A stretch of DNA of 64,000 nucleotides, from positions 6,081 through 70,080 of the IMG/VR virus record IMGVR_UViG_3300010885_010784; one strand, 5' to 3'. Of the stretch, positions 54,801-62,167 are shown one piece after another. Position 1 is the stretch's first letter. Every line of letters starts with the position of its first letter. Origin of the DNA: a virus. The notes beneath the pieces were generated by a model. It saw nothing but the letters and a program-made list of their open reading frames with translations. It ran no database searches and had not been told where the DNA came from. The position numbers and the translations under genes were made by a program.

Positions 54801-57800
54801 GAAGTTGTCCATTATTAAATTGATTTCTAAGAACATCATTATCTTTAAGTGCTTTTCCTGATGCATCAAACTCTTCTGGAACAACCTGTCTTAGAGTTCC
54901 TACAAGTCCTGCCCTTTCTAGATATTTATTTGCAAGTTCCCCAATTGGACCTTGTGTTTTTGCATATTCTTGAAGTGCTTGGGTTGCACCCTTGGCAAGC
55001 GCAGGGTCATTGACACGACCCATCTGTGCGTTAGCAATGGCACTTAGTCCAATCTTGTCTTCAATAGTTTGTGACGCACCAAGGTATGAGGACGCTGGCG
55101 ACTTAAGACCTAAAGTCTTTTTCAGAGTTGCGTTCATCTTACCCTTTAGGGCATTGTAAACAGCCTTAAAGGGACCAACTTCCATACCTGCAGGACCAGT
55201 TTTTCCACCAACACGAAGTTGCTGATTTAATTTATCTGGCAAACTCATTGTTAGATTGCCAAGAATTTTAAAGTTCTTGAAAGCATCTGCACCAGCACCA
55301 AATACTCCAAGTTGTGTTTCTACATCTTTGTAGTTAAGTTCATTCTGTGCATGGCTTTCTTGAAGGACCATCTCCCACTTAGAGCCATCATAGTCGTATA
55401 TTGCTTTACTGCCCTTTACGACACCCACAATTGGGTCATGCTCTGCACCCTTAACTTCATCTTCGCCTTGGTTAAATTTCTTTACCGTTGGAACAACTGC
55501 TGAGTGCATTGCTTGGTACTTTGACCAATCAACATTGCCACCTTTTTGAAGTCTTTCAATCATTTGCTGATATGATGCTGCTTCTTCAGCAGACATTGGA
55601 CCAAAGTTTGCAACAGTTTCTTTTAGTCTTGGTAGAACACTAGAAATTTCAGCCTTCATTGCTGCATCATATTCAGCAGGTGTAAGGCTTGCTGCTATGT
55701 CCTTTGTTGCTTCTGCAAAGAATCTCTTAGCACCCCCCTTTACACCAAGTAGGTTAATAATGGCTTGTTCTTCCATAGAGTTAATGGCACTACCAAGAGC
55801 ACGTTTACCAGATGCCCTGCCAAATACACCAGCAGTTCCAACATCAGCAAGGATGTCTCCACCGAGATTTCCAACCCCAAGGTCTTTGTCGCCACGAAGA
55901 AGTGATGCAACTAACTGCTTGAAGTATTGTTCTTTTGTAAATGTTTCTGGAATATTTGCAATTCTGTCGTCAAGTGCTGATTCAAGAACAATGAACTTGC
56001 GTTGATTTTCTGGGTCTGTTGGGTCCATCATTACACGGATTTCTTGCTTAGGTGCCACAAGACCGTGTGCGTCACGAGCAATTGTTGTTCCACGGACTTC
56101 TGCTAGTGCAGATGTAAGGTCAATCTGTGGCTTAACAAATACTCTTGTACCATCTGGCTTTTCGTAAATACCACCAACATTAAATGCAGGGAATGAGTGA
56201 CCAGTAGTTGGAGAAATTTGTGTACCAAAATCTGTAGGCGGCACATTTCCATAAGGACCAGCCTTAACTTCATCGCTAATATCTTTAAGTTGTAATCCAG
56301 TTCTCAAAAGACCATCTGTTTGCTTTTGTGTAAGTGGTCCATAAACGCTTTGACGCATACCTGCACCAGTAGTACCATTTTCAAATCCAGGAAGGTTTCC
56401 AGCAACCATACCAGCAATTACAGGTGCATATTTTCTTGCATGTTTTGCAGGAATAACCGCTTCTCCTGGAGATAGAAGAGCAGGAACAATGTCTCCTGCA
56501 CCAGCAGGACCAGGAACCATTGACACACCATTAGCATACTTCTTTGGCGTTATGTTGGGATTGCCTACAGGGACTCCAGGAACACCAGAGAATGCTTGCT
56601 GTGCTTGAATAGCATTTCTATATGCATTTGTCAGGTCATTCAGTGCACCTGCTTCAGATGTAAATGTTTGACGAAGTTTGGCGTGAGCCTGGTCAAGTGA
56701 TGCTGCGATTGCTGCACCCTTTAGTTGCTCGCTTGTCATGTATCCTGTTTGCTCACCAAGGATATCTGATGGTCTTGTGGTCTTGTTTATAAAGCCCTTC
56801 ATGTTTGTAAAGAGTTTCATAATGTTTGCTACACCGTTGGCAATAAGACCAAAGGTCATTAGAAGTAGTGGACCAATACCAGCAACAGCGGTTACAAGAA
56901 TAGTAATAAAGGATTTTGTGCCTTCACTTAGGTTATTAAAACCATCAAGGATTTTACTGACGAATTCAATGATTGGGGTTACAGCCTTCAGGAATGCTTC
57001 ACCAACTGGTGCGAGTTTAGCCTGAATGTCTTGAATAGATTTTTGGAACTTGTACATTGGAGAGTCTGAAATCTTTTTCATTTCTCGTTCGGATAGTACA
57101 GATAGTTCTTCTGCAGTTTGTGTTGCAAGTCCTGCCACCTGCTGTGCTTGGCTACCCTCTTTAATTACGTTTTGAAACAATGTAGAAATACGAGAAAATT
57201 GAAACTTACCAAATAGTTGTTCGATAGCACGAGCACGGTTTAGTGGGTCAAGAGTGTCAAAAGCCTTTGCCATGTCAATAACAGTTTGCTTTACATTACC
57301 CTTGTTTCCTTCTACAATTCCCTTAACATTAATATTAAAACCAGCAAGGAACTCAGATGCTTTCTTGCTTGGGTTAATCATAGACGCTAGACCAGACTTA
57401 AGTGCGTTAGCACCTTCGGATGCGTTAATTCCACCTTCCTTCATTGCTGTTAGGAAGAATGTTAGGTCTTCTACGTTACCACCAAGTTGCTTGACAACAG
57501 GTGCTGCCTTTGGAATAGCAATGGTAAGGTCTTCAATAGATGTTACAGTTTGGTTTTCTACTGCGTTTAGAAAGTCAATCTTTCCAGATAGTTGGTCAGC
57601 AGATGTTCCAAATGCATTGGTTAATGAGATGGTTGTCTCTAGTGCTTGATTCTGGTCTACCTGACCTAGTACTGCCAACTTGTTTGCCTGAGCAATTTGA
57701 GAAAGTAAGTCTGCTCCAGTCTTACCCATAGCAGCAGCCTTGGCAGCCATATCCATAGTATCTGACACAGCAACGCCATATTTAGTAAATTCGTTTGCAA

Positions 57801-58536
57801 GTTGACGAACAGAGCCAACCATTTTTTCTGTTTCGTCTGCTGTTGTGTTTATGTCTCCATAAACACGCCTGAAGGAAATCGAAGCCTTTTCAATTTCCAT
57901 ATATGCTTTAGCAGCAGCAGACCCCATAAGAGTAAGTGGAACGGTAAAACCAACCATCAACTGGCGACCAGCCCACTGAGTATTCTTACCAAAGTTTAGA
58001 AGATTAGTAGAACCCTGCTTCATCAACTGATTAAATAGTTGCTGTCGTTGAGCAGCAATTTGAGTTTTTGTACCCAAATTATCCATATCAAGAGCAAGCG
58101 GTCTAACGGCAATGGCTTTCATTGCACCATTGGCATCACGACCTAATTTGATGTATTGAGTTTGTAGGTCTTTTACTCGTTCACGAGCAACCTGGTTAAT
58201 TGTTTCAAATTCGGACTTAAACAGTTTACCAAAAGATTTTGAGGCTCCACCTGCATAGCGGAAGTACTCACCCATTGTGAGTTTGTTCTTTTCAAGTGCT
58301 GAAGTAAATCTCTCAGAACTTGTTTGAATTGTTTGAATGTTTGCTTGAAACTTACCAGTTGCATTAATAGAGTTTGCAAGATTTTGCTGCATCTGTCTTG
58401 CAGCCAGTGCATTGTCTGCACCTGCTTTTTGCATGGCTTGCTGAAAGGCTGATATTTGCTGTTGCAAAAGTTTTAGTTGCGCCAGAGCATCTGACGTATC
58501 TATATTTACTTTTACATTGGATTCAATATCAGCCAT
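48835..58536 (-). CDS. tape measure protein (TP901-type core) with embedded kinase-like, HAD and ADP-ribosyltransferase domains
   Basis: 3233 aa after tail chaperones; N-terminal TMP core, hydrophobic Gly/Ala segments, three D.VPA.L(S/T)PGE.V motifs. Confidence 0.92.
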   Translation of the reverse strand: MADIESNVKVNIDTSDALAQLKLLQQQISAFQQAMQKAGADNALAARQMQQNLANSINATGKFQANIQTIQTSSERFTSALEKNKLTMGEYFRYAGGASKSFGKLFKSEFETINQVARERVKDLQTQYIKLGRDANGAMKAIAVRPLALDMDNLGTKTQIAAQRQQLFNQLMKQGSTNLLNFGKNTQWAGRQLMVGFTVPLTLMGSAAAKAYMEIEKASISFRRVYGDINTTADETEKMVGSVRQLANEFTKYGVAVSDTMDMAAKAAAMGKTGADLLSQIAQANKLAVLGQVDQNQALETTISLTNAFGTSADQLSGKIDFLNAVENQTVTSIEDLTIAIPKAAPVVKQLGGNVEDLTFFLTAMKEGGINASEGANALKSGLASMINPSKKASEFLAGFNINVKGIVEGNKGNVKQTVIDMAKAFDTLDPLNRARAIEQLFGKFQFSRISTLFQNVIKEGSQAQQVAGLATQTAEELSVLSEREMKKISDSPMYKFQKSIQDIQAKLAPVGEAFLKAVTPIIEFVSKILDGFNNLSEGTKSFITILVTAVAGIGPLLLMTFGLIANGVANIMKLFTNMKGFINKTTRPSDILGEQTGYMTSEQLKGAAIAASLDQAHAKLRQTFTSEAGALNDLTNAYRNAIQAQQAFSGVPGVPVGNPNITPKKYANGVSMVPGPAGAGDIVPALLSPGEAVIPAKHARKYAPVIAGMVAGNLPGFENGTTGAGMRQSVYGPLTQKQTDGLLRTGLQLKDISDEVKAGPYGNVPPTDFGTQISPTTGHSFPAFNVGGIYEKPDGTRVFVKPQIDLTSALAEVRGTTIARDAHGLVAPKQEIRVMMDPTDPENQRKFIVLESALDDRIANIPETFTKEQYFKQLVASLLRGDKDLGVGNLGGDILADVGTAGVFGRASGKRALGSAINSMEEQAIINLLGVKGGAKRFFAEATKDIAASLTPAEYDAAMKAEISSVLPRLKETVANFGPMSAEEAASYQQMIERLQKGGNVDWSKYQAMHSAVVPTVKKFNQGEDEVKGAEHDPIVGVVKGSKAIYDYDGSKWEMVLQESHAQNELNYKDVETQLGVFGAGADAFKNFKILGNLTMSLPDKLNQQLRVGGKTGPAGMEVGPFKAVYNALKGKMNATLKKTLGLKSPASSYLGASQTIEDKIGLSAIANAQMGRVNDPALAKGATQALQEYAKTQGPIGELANKYLERAGLVGTLRQVVPEEFDASGKALKDNDVLRNQFNNGQLQFHKDGMLFSPTGANAKLRSARFNLEGSSKNGGDALRKQQIALRDSWIASGAMPPIPAGLKLRGNSLEAGFMSDSQSKFLSYDSPKTGFGPDVSITDMQSLIKYGMIKKMADGGFVKTGVKPKASVFDIDDTLLDLSSFMEKHKAENDKLPEGQKKKWYKEAAKDPKGIPAAIERLKAAQARGNKILLMTARPESYDPHTLETLKKLGIDMNGVKLISRRDKDYRKPEQMKYDKTSKFMKYYDIEEFYDDMDATRGAISLLGIPAYNPLKLADGTAGVLPQGFSAMPTQAEKDAQVAFIQNSPLAQIQHGDALASLVAKSTIGKGNQMFRVPTIRQNEELATKKVGDIIELGNRFSSIASQSELQAIGMTAAGKLNTGNRERAVNTILKLVAGYDMPGIMNHNTYNPDYKKQAFGEKAGAEYPFQSEGVLPPGLKGKITSISGGIPKIIEVLMMKLAKGGFIPGYAGGVFSVPGPKGAGDVVPAMLSPGEAVIPAKQAGKHRGLIQGMISGNLPGYANGGIIGYDGGGYIGDSYNEGRPLPVKVMDDLSKKKDAEAQRLSQLQTTAAEKVSKAADGVVEVTKETKLTDKEIRKQIKQEQERAKQEEIENKRLADNQKRVNAGYDQMSKEEKAKFDKRLEGKGFAGKVSSAFTRNEVTGKVQSAMYALTTVAGLASTIPGKVGEAAQAAMGPIGAATTAMSLIPGPAGLVVAGFAAIGVAAFQINEHLNKLAKESSDLEKKMGTSNEAMAKFAEFSKKVTGTEAMDKRRETSGGQFFNIVQGKTTFGESYMKTDAGKELVKSVDTEISKGGGIENAQKLITNQLSEAIATGVMNPAQARSIAANLGTELGDMNFGLNVSASLTDIMGPNGENLAKDPLEVRMKIIESSMEQVRGNAAAMAQTGAEANNGTQAGREVVGGVAGAGAGLAAGGAVLGLATLAANAGLAIASTGTIIGGLAAAGSAVPIIGTIAGALTGMVIAGVMYQEQITKQAAALSESIQNTLEVEQQMVDSLQLSYEKRIASARAAGDIAEATKLENQYLIDQGELLESNKKTNQELLKTLEDQSTGWGILFNTQVATSDELNKSIEEAYKGTGLETQAKLAREAIDNSAGTQGQENFVKSAIATKQLGINQANTAAQVFGGSAEGMANLANLLTNSPVEANRALGLSSNITDTKLKEKYLTEASTMDPAKLMQTNNALELANKTRGVFKGKASEAIINFSIQNEDKMIKFNENIENLKKEKTITIGIASKFLEGSKDGIAALKSKFATFNKYNKANKVVFMTELQQILAMKGDKDMMAAFKVWQSEQGNKTLTFADYAAYQADRTVTSFGVDNTTGPGSAQDTSTKQGPDPSILDPYVKMLREANNWQQKLTVGWDASYKAIMKYGSAAVKQMGGIAVLMKAQGADAEIIRDFMNGTEEEQNRIIDKKTGKLRANAGALLKKLKEIKDASEIGLTYVLATPAERLAKDNELYQAGLDVIATKEKKINDKYNARAKALDEIGKIREKNNQQQQDTMTLADALSKGDIAAAAKAALQAKQNDQKQALDDAKTSIENARKIELEGVEVRINGVLTDRTKLEAILESNAEKIAGYKLKEEQYQANIQQNALKSAKHMASILKDGKALALVKPYNPSVSGTGVKDTKDTKDTKDTKDTGAPVTAGQAVAGLAKIGKFGGGGTGKTLGVAIKSLTSLTAGNIAKDKIAAKNAFSTLKAGSSGKFTQAYAGRGGTGYTLKQRSSIAPKDLAAYDAYVEEYKAAEALVTNFDALAEEKKTTAFNKQPVEVQQALELLKTFNEQKKTANAELATAKTTFESSAKSQLSKDGDRWIGSKATDDKGSIKIYNALYAPVAAAIANVQGIARNISAVDQALAQKGYTQEMTEFYVGKRFAQGGMVYAQNGMHIAKSKYALGTDTIPAMLTPGEFVMRKSAVDSIGAGKLQSMNNGARGGESVYNYSITVNANSSDASDIADSVLREIKRIDSRRIRSSAI
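49840..49884 (-). repeat. 5 x 9-nt coding tandem repeat (KDT)5 within TMP
   Basis: agtgtcttt x2, agtatcctt, ggtgtcctt, agtatcctt. Confidence 0.85.
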
Positions 58537-58554
58537 TCAACCACACCGACTTTG

Positions 58555-58881
58555 TTAGCCGTTAATTAGACCACCCATTAGCGAGGCTTCGCTAAGTTTG
58601 ATACCAGATGCCTCTTCGACAATCTTGTATACGGTTGGAAGGTCTAGAAGTTCTTCTAGTGCCTTCAGGTCTGCAGCCTGGTCTGGGGCATACTGCTTAA
58701 AAGCAATCTGCACACATTCCATGAGAAGAGTCATTGACTTCTCATTGTTGTCTGCTACTTCTGCGATACCCTCAAACTTTGTCATAAAAGGGCGAAGAAG
58801 TGAGATTTTTAGTGGACGGACAGAAATCTTTGTGCCGTCTAGTAGTTCTACAGTTTTTGTCTCGTTGATAGTTGTAGACAT
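58555..58881 (-). CDS. tail assembly chaperone (short form)
   Basis: Immediately upstream of TMP; paralog of N-terminus of 58925..59632. Confidence 0.75.
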   Translation of the reverse strand: MSTTINETKTVELLDGTKISVRPLKISLLRPFMTKFEGIAEVADNNEKSMTLLMECVQIAFKQYAPDQAADLKALEELLDLPTVYKIVEEASGIKLSEASLMGGLING

Positions 58882-58924
58882 GAATCCTCCTTATGGTTTC
58901 TAGTCAATTATAACATAAAGAAAG

Positions 58925-59632
58925 TTATTTTGAAACAACTTCATATTCAAGACCCATGCCAATACCAAAGCCATATTGCTGTGCTTTTTGTCCCTGTAGG
59001 GATGTAATGTCGTTAGGGTCTCCATTACCAATACCAGATGCCTTTGCTGCTACCCTGGCTTTCATGGCTTCCCAAGGGTCTTCGTCCTTAGTTCCATTTG
59101 CTTCATCCAAATCTACGCCTTGCATAGCAGCAAGAAACTTCTTTTCATTATAGTCTAATTCTCTTCTTGATTCAAGAATAGCCATCATTTCTGGCATAGA
59201 GATATTACTTTCTAGTTCGTCATAGTTCTTCCAGATTCCTAACAGGAATAACTCTGATTCAAGTTTAACTAAATCTAGTTTTTCCCAACTATTTTCGCTT
59301 TTAGATTGTGCTGTTTGTGGCAAAGGTTCATTAGTTTCTTCGCTTTTCTTAATTTTTACACCAGCACATACATCAATAATCTTGTATATTGTTGGCAAGT
59401 CTACAGAGTCTTCTAAATCCTCAATTGTTTTAATTACTGGATAATACTGTTTCATTGCAATTCTTACGCATTCAGACAGGATGGCAATGGACTCTTCGTC
59501 TGTCTTTGCTTCTTTGATAGTGTCAAATACCTCCATGAACTGTCTCATGTATTTAATTTTTAGTGGTGAAACTTCTATAACTGTTCCGTCAACTAGTTCG
59601 ACTTCATCAATACTGTATATTTTTGTAGGCAT
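58925..59632 (-). CDS. tail assembly chaperone (long form)
   Basis: Between major tail protein and TMP; VELVDGT..VSPLKI...DLPTIYKII. Confidence 0.75.
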   Translation of the reverse strand: MPTKIYSIDEVELVDGTVIEVSPLKIKYMRQFMEVFDTIKEAKTDEESIAILSECVRIAMKQYYPVIKTIEDLEDSVDLPTIYKIIDVCAGVKIKKSEETNEPLPQTAQSKSENSWEKLDLVKLESELFLLGIWKNYDELESNISMPEMMAILESRRELDYNEKKFLAAMQGVDLDEANGTKDEDPWEAMKARVAAKASGIGNGDPNDITSLQGQKAQQYGFGIGMGLEYEVVSK

Positions 59633-59646
59633 TCTATAAGTATACC

Positions 59647-59686
59647 AAAAAAGAAACTGCCCCAGGCGTAAACCCAGGGCAGTCTC
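59647..59686 (-). terminator. terminator after major tail gene
   Basis: ACTGCCC...GGGCAGT stem followed by TTTCTTTTTT. Confidence 0.75.
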
Positions 59687-59700
59687 AACACTATTTAATT

Positions 59701-60441
59701 TTAGTAAGTGCGGTCAACAATCTTACCGTAAGCACCGTTGTTGTCTGGAAGCAGACGGAACGATACTTCGAAGGATGTTGCTGCATCACGCTTTGCGGAT
59801 ACTGTTACTGAGTCAATTGACACAGCACGGTATGCAACGTAAACACGCTCTGCCTGGTTGCTAGTAGTGTCTGGAGTAGTTCCAGCCAAGTTACCAAGTC
59901 CAGGACCAACAGCAATAATACCACGTTCGATTGGGTAGTCCCCAAGGTCGCCTGAAGTAATATTTAGGAATGTGTTAACGTCTGTACCACCTGTTGTTAG
60001 AACAGCAGATGATGCAACAGTTGCAGTCTGTGGAGCACCCAGAGTTAGAAGACGAGTTGCTTCTGTCTGTGTTCCCAAGTTTAGCACACCAAAGTCTGAA
60101 GTCTTGCCAGCAATTGATAGGAGAAGGTTCTCCAAGGTTGCTTCGGCAAGAGTAGTCTTTAGAGTAACTTTCATTCCCTGCTTGAAGATTTTAGCGGTGT
60201 CTAGTAGTTGGTCTACCATTACCTCACCAAAGTCTGGAGCGAATGCGATTTCTAGACCGTTATTGGTATAACCAACGTTACGGAAGTTTGTAGTTTCACG
60301 AAGGGCTAGTGTCTCTTTGTAAGATTCTCCATCAATGAAGTTAGGAACTGTCGCTGAAGTCAGCGTTGCAGAGTCCTTTGTTACGAAAAGAGCAGCAGCA
60401 CCAACGATAATGTTAGCATTTGAGCCTCTTGTATAAGCCAT
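59701..60441 (-). CDS. major tail (tube) protein
   Basis: NIIVGAAALF, VGYTNNGLE, VDQLLD and FEVSFRLLPD motifs. Confidence 0.85.
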   Translation of the reverse strand: MAYTRGSNANIIVGAAALFVTKDSATLTSATVPNFIDGESYKETLALRETTNFRNVGYTNNGLEIAFAPDFGEVMVDQLLDTAKIFKQGMKVTLKTTLAEATLENLLLSIAGKTSDFGVLNLGTQTEATRLLTLGAPQTATVASSAVLTTGGTDVNTFLNITSGDLGDYPIERGIIAVGPGLGNLAGTTPDTTSNQAERVYVAYRAVSIDSVTVSAKRDAATSFEVSFRLLPDNNGAYGKIVDRTY

Positions 60442-60516
60442 ATTTTTTCACCATCTTTCATTTATGAATTTTGTGGTGCGGTGTTTCCTCTGTATTAGTA
60501 TACCATGCTTTTATTA

Positions 60517-61041
60517 TTAGTCTTGTTCTATCATTGTATAGTCATAGTAAATGATAATCTTGTTACCGCCGTAGGTCCTGGCTGTACCAAAGTTGACTAT
60601 ATCTCTGGTTTCTTGTAGCATAAATACCTTAAAACCAAAGAAGTTGAAGTTTGGCTCAATAGTTTCCCCTTCGACAACAATTGACCCTTTTTGCTTGCAC
60701 CAAGCATTGAGTTCTTCTGCTGTCTCGTCTTCACGGTCCATAAGTCTATTAACCTTTTCAGTGATTTTAATCATGTTAATGATTGAGTTTTCAGCAGTGG
60801 CATAAAAATAGTAAAGCAATTGCTCACACTTAATGTGTGGGAATGGGCTTTTACGCATACGCATAAGTCGGTCGTATGTACACATTACCCCACCTGCTGG
60901 GAAGAACTCGGTAACGTCGTTAATGGTTGATGGCGTAGTTGGGAAAAATGGGACTGTCTCAAATCCAAGACCTTCAAGTTTTTCCTGTAGGTAGGCGTTA
61001 ACCCATAAGACTGGTGTATTAAGAATAGATGTTCTGCTCAT
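60517..61041 (-). CDS. tail terminator-like protein
   Basis: Size and position upstream of major tail gene. Confidence 0.6.
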   Translation of the reverse strand: MSRTSILNTPVLWVNAYLQEKLEGLGFETVPFFPTTPSTINDVTEFFPAGGVMCTYDRLMRMRKSPFPHIKCEQLLYYFYATAENSIINMIKITEKVNRLMDREDETAEELNAWCKQKGSIVVEGETIEPNFNFFGFKVFMLQETRDIVNFGTARTYGGNKIIIYYDYTMIEQD

Positions 61042-61724
61042 TAGTCTATTCTACCACCTTTCGTTGCCCACTGGTAGCCAACTTTAAAGCCTAGTGCTTT
61101 TCCTTGTCTTGAACCTGCAAGAATGTTGTCCCTGTATGCTCTTGGGTTGTTTAGATGCTCTAAAACTCCGCTTGTCATTAAAAATGCCTGTGTAAAGTAA
61201 CTGTCAAAAAATGTTTTAATTGTTCTTTCAAAGCCACCTTCAACATTTGAACCTCCTGGATTTTCAACCACGATTGGCTTCTTTGTAAATACCTGTTCTC
61301 CGTCAACATTGAATGATAATACCGAAGCATTTTTTGGTCTGATGGTAACTGGAACTCCTCTTTCCATAACCTCTGCTTTATCGTAAAATTGGACCGTAGA
61401 ATTTTTTGAGTAAGATGAAGACTGTGAGAATGTGTAGTTAAATGAAAGACCATTCTTTCCAGTAACAATGTAATCAATGTCAAATAGCCTTGCCTCTGGT
61501 GAACCAGTCTGATACCATTCATAGACGTGGTGTAGGGTTTCTGGACTTACCCTTGCGTTTGTATCGATAAAGTCTTTTAGTGTTTCTATAATTTCTTTAC
61601 CAAGATTATCCATGATTACTGGAGAGGCTGCCTCCACACCATTTAAAAAACCAATAGAGTATTGTGTTAAGTTATTTAAACTATTAACCAAACTCTTAGT
61701 GTCTAACTGTACATTTAAACTCAT
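61041..61724 (-). CDS. neck / tail-completion protein
   Basis: Position; LHHVYEW...ARLF, VMERG..VTIRPK. Confidence 0.6.
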   Translation of the reverse strand: MSLNVQLDTKSLVNSLNNLTQYSIGFLNGVEAASPVIMDNLGKEIIETLKDFIDTNARVSPETLHHVYEWYQTGSPEARLFDIDYIVTGKNGLSFNYTFSQSSSYSKNSTVQFYDKAEVMERGVPVTIRPKNASVLSFNVDGEQVFTKKPIVVENPGGSNVEGGFERTIKTFFDSYFTQAFLMTSGVLEHLNNPRAYRDNILAGSRQGKALGFKVGYQWATKGGRID

Positions 61725-62167
61725 AGGTCAACAGCCTGATTCTCTGAGCGTCTAAGGATAATCTTGTAGTATTCCACTTTTCCAAATGGACCAACGATTG
61801 GATTGATAGTAGCAATTTCAAATAGTGTGGCATCGCCAGAACGTGGTCCTGCACTTTCACTATAAATCAATTGACCATCTTTACCACGAATGTTGGTAAC
61901 AACAATGTTTGTAATAGAGTATAGAGATTCAGTGCTTGATACTGTTGGGTTGTTTCTGACTCTGCCGATAATGGCACTATCAATGTTGATGTTGGCTTCT
62001 GTTCCAACGTCTTGCTTAAACTTGCTACCGCCAACATTAAAGAAACATGCAATTGTCTTGTCTAAGACCCACTGCTTTTTAAGGTTTCCGTATGCTCCAG
62101 TTTCAACGATTGGATAGTAAATATCCGCAAGTAGTGGGTAGGCAAAGTCGGTAGTTTCGCATATCAT
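61721..62167 (-). CDS. head-closure (stopper) protein
   Basis: ADIYYP...YGNLKKQW; position. Confidence 0.6.
   Translation of the reverse strand: MICETTDFAYPLLADIYYPIVETGAYGNLKKQWVLDKTIACFFNVGGSKFKQDVGTEANINIDSAIIGRVRNNPTVSSTESLYSITNIVVTNIRGKDGQLIYSESAGPRSGDATLFEIATINPIVGPFGKVEYYKIILRRSENQAVDL

Noticed and set aside
49102-58565. Numerous + strand ORFs antisense to the TMP and other long genes
   Set aside because: They are shadow ORFs from codon bias on the coding strand, with no motifs or expression signals.
58880-59300. Programmed -1 frameshift in the tail chaperone genes
   Set aside because: Both forms exist as complete separate ORFs with a 43-nt gap and their own signals; no overlapping second frame needs joining.
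59655-59684. Sixth copy of the pseudoknot element (AAACTGCCC)
   Set aside because: It lacks the upstream P1/CTGRGYA loop and is one arm of the intrinsic terminator after the major tail gene.
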